DNA of 64,000 bases, taken from Chloroflexota bacterium. GTDB taxonomy: Bacteria > Chloroflexota > Dehalococcoidia > Lucifugimonadales > JADFKI01. Below, in pieces: positions 29,574 to 39,559 of the stretch. The stretch covers positions 1 to 64,000 of the forward strand of contig JAQBUT010000008.1 in NCBI GenBank assembly GCA_027623195.1, in the 5' to 3' direction. Position numbers and translations under genes: made by a program. Each line of letters begins with the position of its first letter. Position 1 is the stretch's first letter. The notes under the pieces were generated by a model, which had not been told where the DNA came from, ran no database searches, and saw nothing but the letters and a program-made list of their open reading frames with translations.

Positions 29574-32500
29574 ATGGCCCAAGGCGGCAACGAATTTAAC
29601 GCAATTAGGATTTCTCTAGCGTCACCCGATCAGATGCGAATCTGGTCCTACGGTGAGGTCACGAAGCCTGAGACAATTAACTACCGCACGCTGCGACCGG
29701 AAAAGGATGGTCTTTTCTGCGAGCGAATATTCGGTCCGACTAAGGACTGGGAGTGCTACTGCGGTAAGTACAAGAAGATACGTTATAAGGGTGTCATCTG
29801 CGACAGGTGCGGCGTAGAAGTAGCCCGATCCAAGGTGCGTCGCGAGCGCATGGGGCACATAGCCCTGGCAGCGCCTGTGGCACATATCTGGTTCTCCAAG
29901 GGCACACCTAGCCGACTGGGCCTGCTGTTGGACCTATCACCGCGAAACCTGGATAGGGTCCTGTACTTCGCGCAATACCTTGTAACCAACGTGGATATAG
30001 ACCTCCGCGCCGCCGCTGTCGATCGACTGGAGGGCGGACTGGAAGAGGGGGTTGAAAAGCTCGATTCCGAGGCTAGCGAAAAGGTCCAGGCGGTTCGAGG
30101 GCAATTTGGCCTCACTGCCGAGGTTGCTGAAGGCGCCGAAGTTGAAGAGGGTGCGGAAGATGTGGCGCCAGAGGCTGAAGCCGAAGTAGAGATATCCGAG
30201 GACAAGCGGGAGTCCATCGAGACTGAAATTCGACAGATCAACATGAAGCTTGATGCGGACAAGAGCGAGCTGGAGACAGATATATCAGGGCAGATTGATG
30301 AGTTGGAAAGCCTGAGCATTGGCCAGCTCCTGAGGGAGAGCCGTTACCGGGAGTTGCGTGACAGCCACGGAGAGGTTTTCAGGGCCAGCATGGGCGCCGA
30401 GGCAGTCCTGGAAATTCTGAAGGGCCTGGATATGGCCAAGCTTCGGGACGACTTGCAAGAGGAAATTAGGTCCACGTCGGGCCAGCGCCGCAAGAAGGCC
30501 ATCAACCGCCTACGTGTGATTGAGGCCTTCCGAAAGAGCGAGAATCGCCCGGAATGGATGGTCTTCACAACCTTGCCGGTTTTGCCGCCTGAGTTGCGGC
30601 CAATGGTCCAGTTGGACGGCGGACGCTTCGCCACCAGCGACCTGAACGATTTGTATCGCAGGGTAATTAACAGGAATAACCGGCTGAAGAGGCTGATTGA
30701 GCTTCAGGCACCGGAGATCATAGTACGTAACGAGAAGCGCATGCTTCAGGAGGCTGTGGACGCACTGGTGGACAACGGTCGCCGAGGTCGCGCCGTATCC
30801 GGAAGCCACAACCACAAGCTAAAGTCGCTTTCTGACCTGCTGCGAGGCAAGCAGGGCCGGTTCCGCCAGAACCTGCTGGGCAAGCGCGTGGACTATAGCG
30901 GTCGCTCTGTAATTATCGTCGGCCCGGAGTTGAAGCTGCACCAGTGTGGCCTGCCCCGGCGCATGGCGTTGGAGCTGTTCAAACCTTTTGTAATGAATCG
31001 CCTGGTGATGAAGGGCTACGCCCACAACATCAAAAGCGCCAAGAGGCTGGCCGAGAGGGCCCGCCCCGAGGTGTGGGACATCCTGGAAGAGGTAGTGAAG
31101 GACAGGCCAGTTCTTCTAAACCGAGCCCCTACCCTTCACAGGCTGGGTATTCAGGCATTCCATCCGGTGCTTATAGAGGGTAGCGCCATAAGGCTTCACC
31201 CGCTGGTGACGACGGCTTTTAACGCCGACTTCGACGGAGACCAGATGGCTGTGCACGTACCCCTTTCTAGGGAGGCGGTGCAAGAGGCCAACCGGATGAT
31301 GCTTAGCACTTACAACATGTTGGCGCCTAGCTCGGGTGAACCTATAGTCGCGCCAACCCTGGACATGGTGCTCGGCTGCTTCTACATGACGCAGATCGAG
31401 GAAGGCGCCAAAGGCACCGGTCATGAGTTCTCCGACTTCGAGGACGCCCGTTTGGCTTACGAGGTAGGCGTGGTGGACCTTAGGGCATTGGTCAAGATCA
31501 AGCATGGGCCCGAGTCTTTGGTAAACGCCGAAACAAACGTGTCGGGTTCGTTGGAGACAACCGTGGGCCGCATGATCTTTAACGAGAATGTGCCTGACGA
31601 GCTTGGTTACCGCAACGGAGAGATAGACAAGGACGCGCTGAAATCCATCACGTCTGAGGCGCACACTATCCTAGGCAACGTGAAGACGGCAGTGATTTTG
31701 GACGCATTCAAGGATTTGGGCTTCCATTACGCATCCAAGGCCGGCATCACCATAGCCATTAATGACATTGAGATCTCGCCTGAAAAGGACGTGATCGTGG
31801 GCTTGGCCGAAACCAAGGTCACTCAACTGGAACAGCAGTACATGGACGGCCTCATCACAGAAGATGAGCGTTACCGTACTGCAGTGGACATCTGGACCAG
31901 GGCCAGTGACGACGTTACCCAGATGGTGCAGGACAACCTGAAGAACTACGGTGGCATCTACGTTATGGCCGCCTCGGGCGCCAAGGGTAACATCGCGCAG
32001 ATAAAGCAGATGGCCGGTATGCGTGGACTGATGTCGGACCCCAAGGGACGTATTATTGAGCGGCCCATCAAGGCAAACTTCCGCGAGGGACTGAGTGTTC
32101 TGGAGTATTTCCTTTCGACGCACGGTGCTCGTAAGGGACTGGCTGACACGGCCCTGAGAACTGCGGACAGCGGCTATCTGACCAGGCGTCTCATCGACGT
32201 AGCCCAGGAGATCATCGTATTGTCCGACGACTGCGAGACTGCAGGCGGCATATGGGTAGAGAACGGTGTGCAGGATTCTCTGCTTACGCCGTTTACGGAC
32301 AAGGTTCGCGGCCGTTATCTGGCTGCGCCTGTTGCTGATGCAGAAACAGGCGAAATCATCGTCGACAAAGGAGAGTTGCTTAACGACATAACTCTCGCGA
32401 AGCTGCAGGAGGCAAATACGCCTGGAGTGTTCGCACGATCACCTTTGGCCTGCGAGGCTCGACGTGGTGTATGCAGGTTGTGCTATGGCGTATCCATGGC

Positions 32501-33704
32501 CACGTGGGACCCCGTCCTCATCGGTGAGGCGGTAGGCATTATCGCAGCACAAAGCATTGGTGAGCCTGGCACGCAGCTTACTATGCGTACCTTCCACACA
32601 GGAGGTATCGCCGGTGCCGACATCACCAGCGGTCTGCCCAGGGTGGAGGAGCTATTTGAGGCTCGTACACCTAAGGGTGAAGCGGTGCTTTCTGAGATTG
32701 ACGGTACCGTGGAAGTCCATGACTCCACTGAAGGTCGCACAATACAGGTGATAAGTACTGAAGACTTCAGTGACGAGTACATCTTGCCGGCCGGCTATCA
32801 GGTGCAGGTCAGCGAGGGTGACATCGTTAATGTCGGCGCGCAACTGGCAGTCAATGGCGAAGAGGAAAGTGGTGAAGAAACCACAGCGCTGGCGTCCAAC
32901 GATATCATCGCCAGGGTCTCAGGTGTCGTCCGGATAGAAGGCGATACCCTGAGCATAAGTTGGACCGACGAGGACCAAAGAGAGTACGTGATTCCTGCTG
33001 CTTCCCACATCATGGTGGCGTCAGGGGACCAGGTGGCAGCCGGAGAAACATTAACGGCAGGCCCCAAAAACCCGCAGCAGATCCTGAGAATACAGGGTCG
33101 CGAGGCCGTGCAGCAATACCTCATTGAAGAGGTTCAGAAGGTGTATCGGTCCCAGGGTGTGACCATTCATAACAAACACATAGAGGTCATCATTTCCCAG
33201 ATGCTGCGCAAGGTGAGGATCGATAGTCCTGGCGACACGGGGTTGCTGCCGGGTGAGCTGGTGGACCGCCAACCCTACGAGGACATAAACGCCGGCATAT
33301 TGGCGGAGGGTGGAGAGCCTGCTACGGCTAGCCCTGTTCTCCTGGGTATAACCAGAGCCTCCCTCAACATGGAAAGCTTCTTGGCCGCGGCGTCCTTCCA
33401 GGAGACCACACGGGTGCTCACAGAGGCTGCAGTTAATGGCCAAGTGGACTACCTCCGAGGTCTAAAAGAGAACGTCATAATCGGTAGGTTGATACCTGCC
33501 CGCCTGGATGGCACCGTGGAAGGACGCAAATACCTGGGCATTCCCGAGGAGCCGGAACTAGAGCCAATCGGAATACTATCGAACCCTCTTGACGGGGACG
33601 GTTTCCAAGAAGGCGAGTCCGGTGAAATTGTGGAAGACCAGATTGCTCCAGCAGGATTTGACATGGAAAAGGCTGTGGAGGAAACGCCGGTGGGTGACGA
33701 CTAG
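29574..33704 (+). CDS. rpoC: RNA polymerase beta' subunit
   Basis: PETINYRT, Zn-binding [32 protein letters not shown]. Confidence 0.99.
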   Translation: MAQGGNEFNAIRISLASPDQMRIWSYGEVTKPETINYRTLRPEKDGLFCERIFGPTKDWECYCGKYKKIRYKGVICDRCGVEVARSKVRRERMGHIALAAPVAHIWFSKGTPSRLGLLLDLSPRNLDRVLYFAQYLVTNVDIDLRAAAVDRLEGGLEEGVEKLDSEASEKVQAVRGQFGLTAEVAEGAEVEEGAEDVAPEAEAEVEISEDKRESIETEIRQINMKLDADKSELETDISGQIDELESLSIGQLLRESRYRELRDSHGEVFRASMGAEAVLEILKGLDMAKLRDDLQEEIRSTSGQRRKKAINRLRVIEAFRKSENRPEWMVFTTLPVLPPELRPMVQLDGGRFATSDLNDLYRRVINRNNRLKRLIELQAPEIIVRNEKRMLQEAVDALVDNGRRGRAVSGSHNHKLKSLSDLLRGKQGRFRQNLLGKRVDYSGRSVIIVGPELKLHQCGLPRRMALELFKPFVMNRLVMKGYAHNIKSAKRLAERARPEVWDILEEVVKDRPVLLNRAPTLHRLGIQAFHPVLIEGSAIRLHPLVTTAFNADFDGDQMAVHVPLSREAVQEANRMMLSTYNMLAPSSGEPIVAPTLDMVLGCFYMTQIEEGAKGTGHEFSDFEDARLAYEVGVVDLRALVKIKHGPESLVNAETNVSGSLETTVGRMIFNENVPDELGYRNGEIDKDALKSITSEAHTILGNVKTAVILDAFKDLGFHYASKAGITIAINDIEISPEKDVIVGLAETKVTQLEQQYMDGLITEDERYRTAVDIWTRASDDVTQMVQDNLKNYGGIYVMAASGAKGNIAQIKQMAGMRGLMSDPKGRIIERPIKANFREGLSVLEYFLSTHGARKGLADTALRTADSGYLTRRLIDVAQEIIVLSDDCETAGGIWVENGVQDSLLTPFTDKVRGRYLAAPVADAETGEIIVDKGELLNDITLAKLQEANTPGVFARSPLACEARRGVCRLCYGVSMATWDPVLIGEAVGIIAAQSIGEPGTQLTMRTFHTGGIAGADITSGLPRVEELFEARTPKGEAVLSEIDGTVEVHDSTEGRTIQVISTEDFSDEYILPAGYQVQVSEGDIVNVGAQLAVNGEEESGEETTALASNDIIARVSGVVRIEGDTLSISWTDEDQREYVIPAASHIMVASGDQVAAGETLTAGPKNPQQILRIQGREAVQQYLIEEVQKVYRSQGVTIHNKHIEVIISQMLRKVRIDSPGDTGLLPGELVDRQPYEDINAGILAEGGEPATASPVLLGITRASLNMESFLAAASFQETTRVLTEAAVNGQVDYLRGLKENVIIGRLIPARLDGTVEGRKYLGIPEEPELEPIGILSNPLDGDGFQEGESGEIVEDQIAPAGFDMEKAVEETPVGDD

Positions 33705-33733
33705 GCACAGGTAGACAAGTAAAAGTTAATTGT

Positions 33734-33760
33734 GGGGGCAGGCTTAACAAGCTTGCCCCC
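33734..33760 (+). terminator. Hairpin after rpoC, probable terminator
   Basis: GGGGGCAGGCTT-AAC-AAGCTTGCCCCC; weak U tract. Confidence 0.5.
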
Positions 33761-33813
33761 TGGTGTTAGTACGAACTCAGGTCATGCCACCCCCCTGTAT
33801 CTTTTCTGAATTA

Positions 33814-33843
33814 TTGACCTGGGTTTTGTTCCCTTGCTACACT
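33814..33843 (+). promoter_or_regulatory. Promoter of tRNA-Val
   Basis: TTGACC-18 nt-TACACT with extended -10 TG. Confidence 0.6.
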
Positions 33844-33866
33844 TTGTAGGCGTAAGAATACTTTTT

Positions 33867-33943
<77 letters not shown>

Positions 33944-34032
33944 TGCATCTAATCAGTTAGATAGCCCATCCCCCTTTAGCTTCCTTAGTTATGTTAAGGG
34001 GAAGATGCTTTCCATATAGAGAGGAGTACTCC

Positions 34033-34458
34033 TTGGCAGACCAACCTAGCGAAAAGTCGATGGACCGAATGCGCAAAATGGTTGATAAGTTTTGCGAGAA
34101 GTCCGGAACCTTTAAGCATCCTGGCGAGGGTATCACCGAATCTGTCGTCCTCGGCCTTGCACAGAATATGGACGAACTTGGCAGGCCATTATGTCCCTGT
34201 AGGTTCTACCCGGACAAGAACGAGGAAGCCAAACATCGCACGTGGATGTGCCCCTGCGATGACATGCAGATATACAAGTACTGCCATTGAATGCTTTTTG
34301 TGACGGAAGAGGGTCTTCCGATAACGGAGCATCTGCCTGAGGATCACGAAGGGCTTCAAATGTACGGTGAGGTGAAAGATCCCACCCCGAACAAGGGCAG
34401 GGCATTACGAGATAAGGCGGAAGAGCGCGAGATAGAACGAAAAGAACGCCCTTCTTAA
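34033..34458 (+). CDS. ftrC: Ferredoxin:thioredoxin reductase catalytic subunit, selenoprotein (Sec at TGA 34288-34290), about 141 aa
   Basis: CPC...CPC...CH(TGA) matches FTR CPC/CPC/CHC; frame continues MLFVTEEGLP... to TAA 34456-34458; GAGGAG RBS before TTG; trxA directly downstream. Confidence 0.85.
34304..34320 (+). promoter_or_regulatory. Candidate SECIS hairpin of the FTR gene
   Basis: CGGAAGA-GGG-TCTTCCG, apex 20 nt after TGA. Confidence 0.65.
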
Positions 34459-34497
34459 ATCAACCAAATTGATGCGGCAAAAGACATGGAGGTCTAG

Positions 34498-34827
34498 ATG
34501 GCAGTACCAATAGCGGTAACAGACGCAAATTTCGACGAAGAAGTATTACAGTCGGACATCCCCGTTCTGGTGGACTTTTGGGCGGAGTGGTGTGGCCCAT
34601 GCAAGATGATATCGCCCGTAGTAGATGAGCTGGCGGAAGAGTATGACGGCAAGGTGAAATTCACCAAAGTCGACGTGGACTCCAATCCCAAGACAGCCAT
34701 GAATTACGGCATCCGAGGCATTCCTGCACTGCTTATCTTCGATGGCGGCAAAGTGGCCAAACAGGTCGTTGGCGCTGTGCCTAAGGCCTCCCTGAAGAAA
34801 AGTATCGACGAAGCCATCGGGGGGTAA
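34498..34827 (+). CDS. trxA: Thioredoxin
   Basis: DFWAEWCGPCK, GIRGIPAL. Confidence 0.97.
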   Translation: MAVPIAVTDANFDEEVLQSDIPVLVDFWAEWCGPCKMISPVVDELAEEYDGKVKFTKVDVDSNPKTAMNYGIRGIPALLIFDGGKVAKQVVGAVPKASLKKSIDEAIGG

Positions 34828-34861
34828 CGGGCCAGAACCCTCCCTCCTATTTAGGAAATCG

Positions 34862-34915
34862 AATGGGCCTGCCGCTTCGGTAAAGAGTCGGGTGCGGCAG
34901 GCCCATTATTTTGTT
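34862..34915 (+). terminator. Intrinsic terminator after trxA
   Basis: AATGGGCCTGCCGC / GCGGCAGGCCCATT stem followed by ATTTTGTT. Confidence 0.75.
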
Positions 34916-34958
34916 CGCGTATTTTGGGTTCCGGTAATCAAATGCGCTGCCATAACGG

Positions 34959-34987
34959 TTGACCAGGCGCCCTAGAGCGGCTAACAT
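34959..34987 (+). promoter_or_regulatory. Promoter of tRNA-Asp
   Basis: TTGACC-17 nt-TAACAT. Confidence 0.5.
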
Positions 34988-35036
34988 TTAATTGGGCGTT
35001 TAGGCTCAATTTTTTGAGCACTCAGCTCATATTCGC

Positions 35037-35113
35037 GGCCCCGTGGTGTAGTGGTTTAACATGCAGCCCTGTCAAGGCTGAGATCGCCGGTTCGAATCCG
35101 GTCGGGGTCGCCA
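35037..35113 (+). tRNA. tRNA-Asp (GTC)
   Basis: GGCCCCG/CGGGGTC acceptor, CAGCC-CTGTCAA-GGCTG anticodon arm, GGTTCGAATCC, GCCA. Confidence 0.97.
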
Positions 35114-35426
35114 CCAGTTCAAACTTCAGCCATCGTTGTATTTCTCAATTTGCCTCCAAGATATTCTTAGCGCTTCCCTTCGCAGGCTTGTAATTCGGTC
35201 GTAATCAGGGAAACTCCGTCTAGCCACGCCACGTTTTTCCAAACTGTGCACCTCTGCTCACCGACTCCCAATTCCCACTCATTTATGCTGCCGACCGCCA
35301 CGCAAAAAATGGGCTGGCGGACCTATTTATCCTTTCTGCCTAAATCGGTATATACTGTTGCCCAATCGGGTATGCCGACGAACGGCATGACTTTTAGCAA
35401 GAGTGGTATAGAAGGAGGTCCGGAGT

Positions 35427-37115
35427 ATGGCCAAGGTAGAAGGCAGCTACTTAGTAGCTAAGGCGATTCAAAATGAGGGCATAACCACGCTTTTCGGGTT
35501 ACCCGGGGGGCCGGTGGTGGAGGTAATAGGATTTGCGGCTCAGCTAGGCGTAAGGCCAATTAGCGTAAGGCATGAGCAGGCCGCCGCGCTCTCAGCCGCC
35601 GCATACGGCTATGTCAGGAACGAGGTTGGCGTTTGCGTGCTGGCTGCAGGGCCTGGTGTAACGAACGCTTTGACAGGCGCGCACGTGGCCTTCGACAACG
35701 GCCTACCCATAGTGCTCCTGGGAGGGTCCGGCCCTCAGCATGGGCGTTACTCCGGCACGTTCCAAGAGACAGATAACGTGCCGATGTTCAAGAGTATTAC
35801 CAAGATGTCGGTTCAGATAGATAGCGCAGCCCGCATTCCTGAATACATGTCCATGGCGTTCCGGAAGGCCCGAAGCGGCCGTCCTGGACCAGTCTACCTG
35901 GACCTTCCTTCAGACGTTCTTCAGGCAGAGGTCGAGGAAGATGACGTCAAGTGGCCGGTGAATTATTTCGCGGACGTGCATCCCATGGGCGACGCCAATC
36001 AGGTGAAGAAGGCCGCCGAACTGCTGCTAAACGCTGAAAGGCCGTTGATGATTGTCGGCAAGGGCGTTCGCTGGTCTGAGCCTACTGAAGAGCTCAAGGG
36101 TCTGGTTGAGGAACTGGGCATGCCTTTCATATCGTCACCAATGGGACGCGGCTTCATTCCGGACGACCATCCCTTGAATGCTGCTGCCGCTCGTAGCACA
36201 GCAATCCGAGGTGCAGATGTTGTTCTTATGGTCGGCGCCAGGATGAACTGGATGTTCGATTTCGGTCGAGGGTTTGCACCCGATGCCAAGATCATCCACG
36301 TAGACATCGAGCCGGGAGAAATCGGTATCAACCGAGCCGTTGAGGTCGGCATTGTAGGCGACGCCAAGGGCGTTCTGCAGCAGATATTGACGGAGATTGA
36401 TGGCAAGACGGACGGCATAGCGGATAAGGCCGAAGAAGGGCCGTGGCTAACATCTATCCGCGACAAGGCCGCTTCCAACGGAGCCGCTATCGAGCCCCTT
36501 TTGAACTCTGACAGCGATCCTATCCGCACATTCAGGATGATGAAGGAGATTCGCGACGTCTTCCCCAGGGATACCATCTACTGCGTGGACGGCCAGATGA
36601 CTTTGGGCACAGGTCGGCAGGTGCTCCAAAGCTACACACCGGCAAGTCGCCTAAACTCAGGCTCCAATGGCTGCGTGGGCGTGGGAGTGCCCTTCGCTGT
36701 TGGCGCCAAGCTTGGCCGACCGGACGTGCCTGTTGTTAGCATCAACGGCGACTGCGCCTTCGGATTCAACGCCATGGAGATGGAGACGGCGGTACGCCAC
36801 GGTATTCCCGCGATATTCATCATCAACAACAACTCGGGCATCGTTGGTGGCACTATGGAGGCGAAAATGGGCCTTCCCGAAGGATACGGTGAGAGAGTGG
36901 CGACCTATGTTCAGGACATTCGCTACGACAAGATTATCGAAGCCTTTGGTGGATATGCAGAGAACGTTACCCATCCAGAGGAGCTACGACCTGCCCTGGA
37001 GCGGGCGTACGAGGCGACAAAGGCCGGCAAGGTTGCATGCATTAATGTCATTTCTGAGCATATGGAGATGATGGTCAACACTGCCACACGGGCCAGCGCC
37101 CTGATGGGTTACTAA
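35427..37115 (+). CDS. ThDP-dependent enzyme, oxalyl-CoA decarboxylase / 2-hydroxyacyl-CoA lyase-like
   Basis: VRHEQAA, AGPG, GRPGPVYLDLP, GDCAFGFNAMEMET...NNN ThDP motif. Confidence 0.85.
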   Translation: MAKVEGSYLVAKAIQNEGITTLFGLPGGPVVEVIGFAAQLGVRPISVRHEQAAALSAAAYGYVRNEVGVCVLAAGPGVTNALTGAHVAFDNGLPIVLLGGSGPQHGRYSGTFQETDNVPMFKSITKMSVQIDSAARIPEYMSMAFRKARSGRPGPVYLDLPSDVLQAEVEEDDVKWPVNYFADVHPMGDANQVKKAAELLLNAERPLMIVGKGVRWSEPTEELKGLVEELGMPFISSPMGRGFIPDDHPLNAAAARSTAIRGADVVLMVGARMNWMFDFGRGFAPDAKIIHVDIEPGEIGINRAVEVGIVGDAKGVLQQILTEIDGKTDGIADKAEEGPWLTSIRDKAASNGAAIEPLLNSDSDPIRTFRMMKEIRDVFPRDTIYCVDGQMTLGTGRQVLQSYTPASRLNSGSNGCVGVGVPFAVGAKLGRPDVPVVSINGDCAFGFNAMEMETAVRHGIPAIFIINNNSGIVGGTMEAKMGLPEGYGERVATYVQDIRYDKIIEAFGGYAENVTHPEELRPALERAYEATKAGKVACINVISEHMEMMVNTATRASALMGY

Positions 37116-37137
37116 ACCCGAGATTAGGAATTAGAGT

Positions 37138-37185
37138 GAGCCGGGTACAAGCTGAGCTTCAGCCTGTGCCCGGCTCTTTGGTTTT
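37138..37185 (+). terminator. Hairpin/terminator after the ThDP enzyme gene
   Basis: GAGCCGGGTACA...TGTGCCCGGCTC followed by TTTGGTTTT. Confidence 0.6.
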
Positions 37186-37211
37186 ATCAACATGACAAAT
37201 TGGAGGATAGC

Positions 37212-37763
37212 ATGGCTAGAATACCGCAACTGACGACGAAAGAGGATGTGCCCCAGGAGCACCAGCACATCGTTGAAGAGATTATGGGGAGCCGAGGCGG
37301 TCGCATAAGCGGGCCCTTCTCGGTCCTTTTGCATAACCCGGAGGCTGCAGGGCGATCGGCCCATCTGGGAAGCGCGCTACGATTCGACTCCACCACCCTC
37401 ACCAAAGACCTGTTGGAGATTGCCATCAACACCGCGGCCAGGGAGAGCGACTGCGGTTACCAGTGGGCAGGACACTATAAGCTGGCTCGGGAAGCCGGCG
37501 TCAGCGAGGCCACGTTGGACGTCATAGCCAACCACGGCTCGCTGGGCTCTCTCTCCGAGGACGAGGCCCTGGTAGTGCAGTACGGCAGAGAGCTATTTCG
37601 CGATCACAGGATATCCGAGGCCACTTACGCTGCTGCTTCTGAGCGGTTCGGCACGCGCGGACTGGTTGATCTAACGGCCCTGATGGGTTATTACGGCATG
37701 CTTGCGTGTTCCCTAAACGCCTTTGACGTGCAACCTCCGTCTGACGCTCCTAAGCTGCCCTAG
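37212..37763 (+). CDS. Carboxymuconolactone decarboxylase / AhpD-like protein
   Basis: GPF..LLH.P, E.AI..AR, YQW..H..LA..AG, DL..L.GYY pattern; GGAGG RBS. Confidence 0.85.
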   Translation: MARIPQLTTKEDVPQEHQHIVEEIMGSRGGRISGPFSVLLHNPEAAGRSAHLGSALRFDSTTLTKDLLEIAINTAARESDCGYQWAGHYKLAREAGVSEATLDVIANHGSLGSLSEDEALVVQYGRELFRDHRISEATYAAASERFGTRGLVDLTALMGYYGMLACSLNAFDVQPPSDAPKLP

Positions 37764-38027
37764 CGTCCTTAAATATACGATGCTGTGGCCAGGTTGTGCG
37801 GCAAATCATGGCCTTCTGGTAATGCCTAGTCGGCCCCCGTCGCCGACCTGCCGAACGATGAACCTGGCCACGCTTTACCCTTTCACCATCCTCTGGTATA
37901 TTGTGCTCCGTAGGCCGAATACGTGCGTGGGAAAACATTATTATGGTCTGGAAATATGGGATTTTCCCACTTACATTTAATTCGGTCATCACTGGAGAAT
38001 TTGTTAGCTAGATAGAGAGGGATATTT

Positions 38028-39320
38028 ATGGCAAAGAAGGTAGGTCAGTATATAGAGCGGCCCGGCAGGCAGCCTGGTGATGCCCCGATCATCATTCCGG
38101 TGGCCGAAAGCTTAATGACGGAGCCAGGCATCCCAACTCGTGAGCGAGACGTTTCGTTCTTCAGTCGAGAAGACCCAATAGAAAACATGGCTCTTTCTGA
38201 GAGCGCCTCGGCTGAGTGGTCAAGGGAAGAGCGCATCCAGCATTCACCTGAGGCCAACGAATTCTTCGACAAGCATGAGGAGAATATGGGGCCAATTGTA
38301 GAGTGGGTGAGGCACAGTGGTGACCTTGAGCCCACCGGCTCCCCCTCAGGTGTTGATGTCTCGGAGGCAATTCGAGAGAAGGCCCGAGAGCTTGGCTATG
38401 GCGAGGTAGGATTTACCCGAAACGACGCACACTACGTTTACCAGAGCCGCAAGCGCCCGCTAAGGAACGACCTGCCGCATGCAATATGTCTTGCGTTGGA
38501 ACAGGACTATGTTAAGACGCAGACCATTCCTAGTATGGATGCTGAGGACACCCATTTCGGCACCTATGAAGATCAGGGACCGAAGTCCCAGGAGCTTACC
38601 GACTTTATAAGGGACCTTGGGTACAGCATTCAGGTCTCTGGTCCTACGTGGCATTACGGGCCTATGATTCCGCTGTTTGTTCAGGCGGGCCTTGGCCAGC
38701 TTGGCGCCAACGGCCAGTTGCTGTCACCTCACTTCGGCTCCCGCGCGCGACTGCAGATCATCTATACCGATGCGAAGGTCACCTACGACGAGCCTATCGA
38801 CTACGGCATTCACCAGTTTTGTAACGAGTGCCAGGTATGCGTCAACCGCTGCCCTGGCCGCGCTCTTATGGCCGATAAGGTCTGGTACAGAGGCGTCGAG
38901 AAGAACAAGCTGGTATTCAAGCGGTGCAGGCCGGTCATGGCCAGGTACCTCGGCTGTGGTGTCTGCATGAAGGTCTGCCCTATCCAGAAGTACGGAATGA
39001 AGCCCGTAATGGAACATTACGTCGAGACCGATGGCGAAATACTGGGCAAGAATACAGATAACCTTGAAGGCTACTCGTTCCCAGATAAAGGTTACTTCGG
39101 TCCAGGTCAGCTTCCCACATTTGAGCGAACGTTCTTCGATATGCCCAAAGGTCGAGCAGAGGACTGGCTGCTGCTGGAATTCCGCGACAAGCTCTTCGAG
39201 AATGCCGCGGCTGAGGGCAAGGATAAAGAGGATATGTGGACGGAGTTCCGAGAAAAGGTAGAGCAGTCCATGGACCGTCGAGGCATGGCCGTTGATATGG
39301 GCATGGATCTGGGGGTTTAG
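38028..39320 (+). CDS. Reductive dehalogenase / epoxyqueuosine reductase (QueG) superfamily cobalamin-Fe-S protein
   Basis: A.ELG..EVG; AGLGQLG.NG.L.SP.FG.R.RL; FCNECQVCVNRCP and C-x9-CGVCMKVCP; no Tat signal. Confidence 0.8.
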   Translation: MAKKVGQYIERPGRQPGDAPIIIPVAESLMTEPGIPTRERDVSFFSREDPIENMALSESASAEWSREERIQHSPEANEFFDKHEENMGPIVEWVRHSGDLEPTGSPSGVDVSEAIREKARELGYGEVGFTRNDAHYVYQSRKRPLRNDLPHAICLALEQDYVKTQTIPSMDAEDTHFGTYEDQGPKSQELTDFIRDLGYSIQVSGPTWHYGPMIPLFVQAGLGQLGANGQLLSPHFGSRARLQIIYTDAKVTYDEPIDYGIHQFCNECQVCVNRCPGRALMADKVWYRGVEKNKLVFKRCRPVMARYLGCGVCMKVCPIQKYGMKPVMEHYVETDGEILGKNTDNLEGYSFPDKGYFGPGQLPTFERTFFDMPKGRAEDWLLLEFRDKLFENAAAEGKDKEDMWTEFREKVEQSMDRRGMAVDMGMDLGV

Positions 39321-39366
39321 CCGCTCCGGAGGCAATCAACGACCAGGCTAATATGGTTGGTAACTT

Positions 39367-39405
39367 GGCGGGGACGCTTTTCATATGCGTCCCCGCCTTT
39401 ATTTT
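39367..39405 (+). terminator. Intrinsic terminator
   Basis: GGCGGGGACGC / GCGTCCCCGCC followed by TTTATTTT. Confidence 0.85.
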
Positions 39406-39559
39406 AGGCGGAGATTCTTGACCGCCATGCACCCGTCTACATCGCACCGCATGGCGTTTGACGAGCAAATCACGCCGGTGCTACACTGGGGTAATTTCGC
39501 TCCGACTATTTCCGTCCTAACGTTGGGCAACTACCCAAAAAAACGTCCGAAACGAGGGT

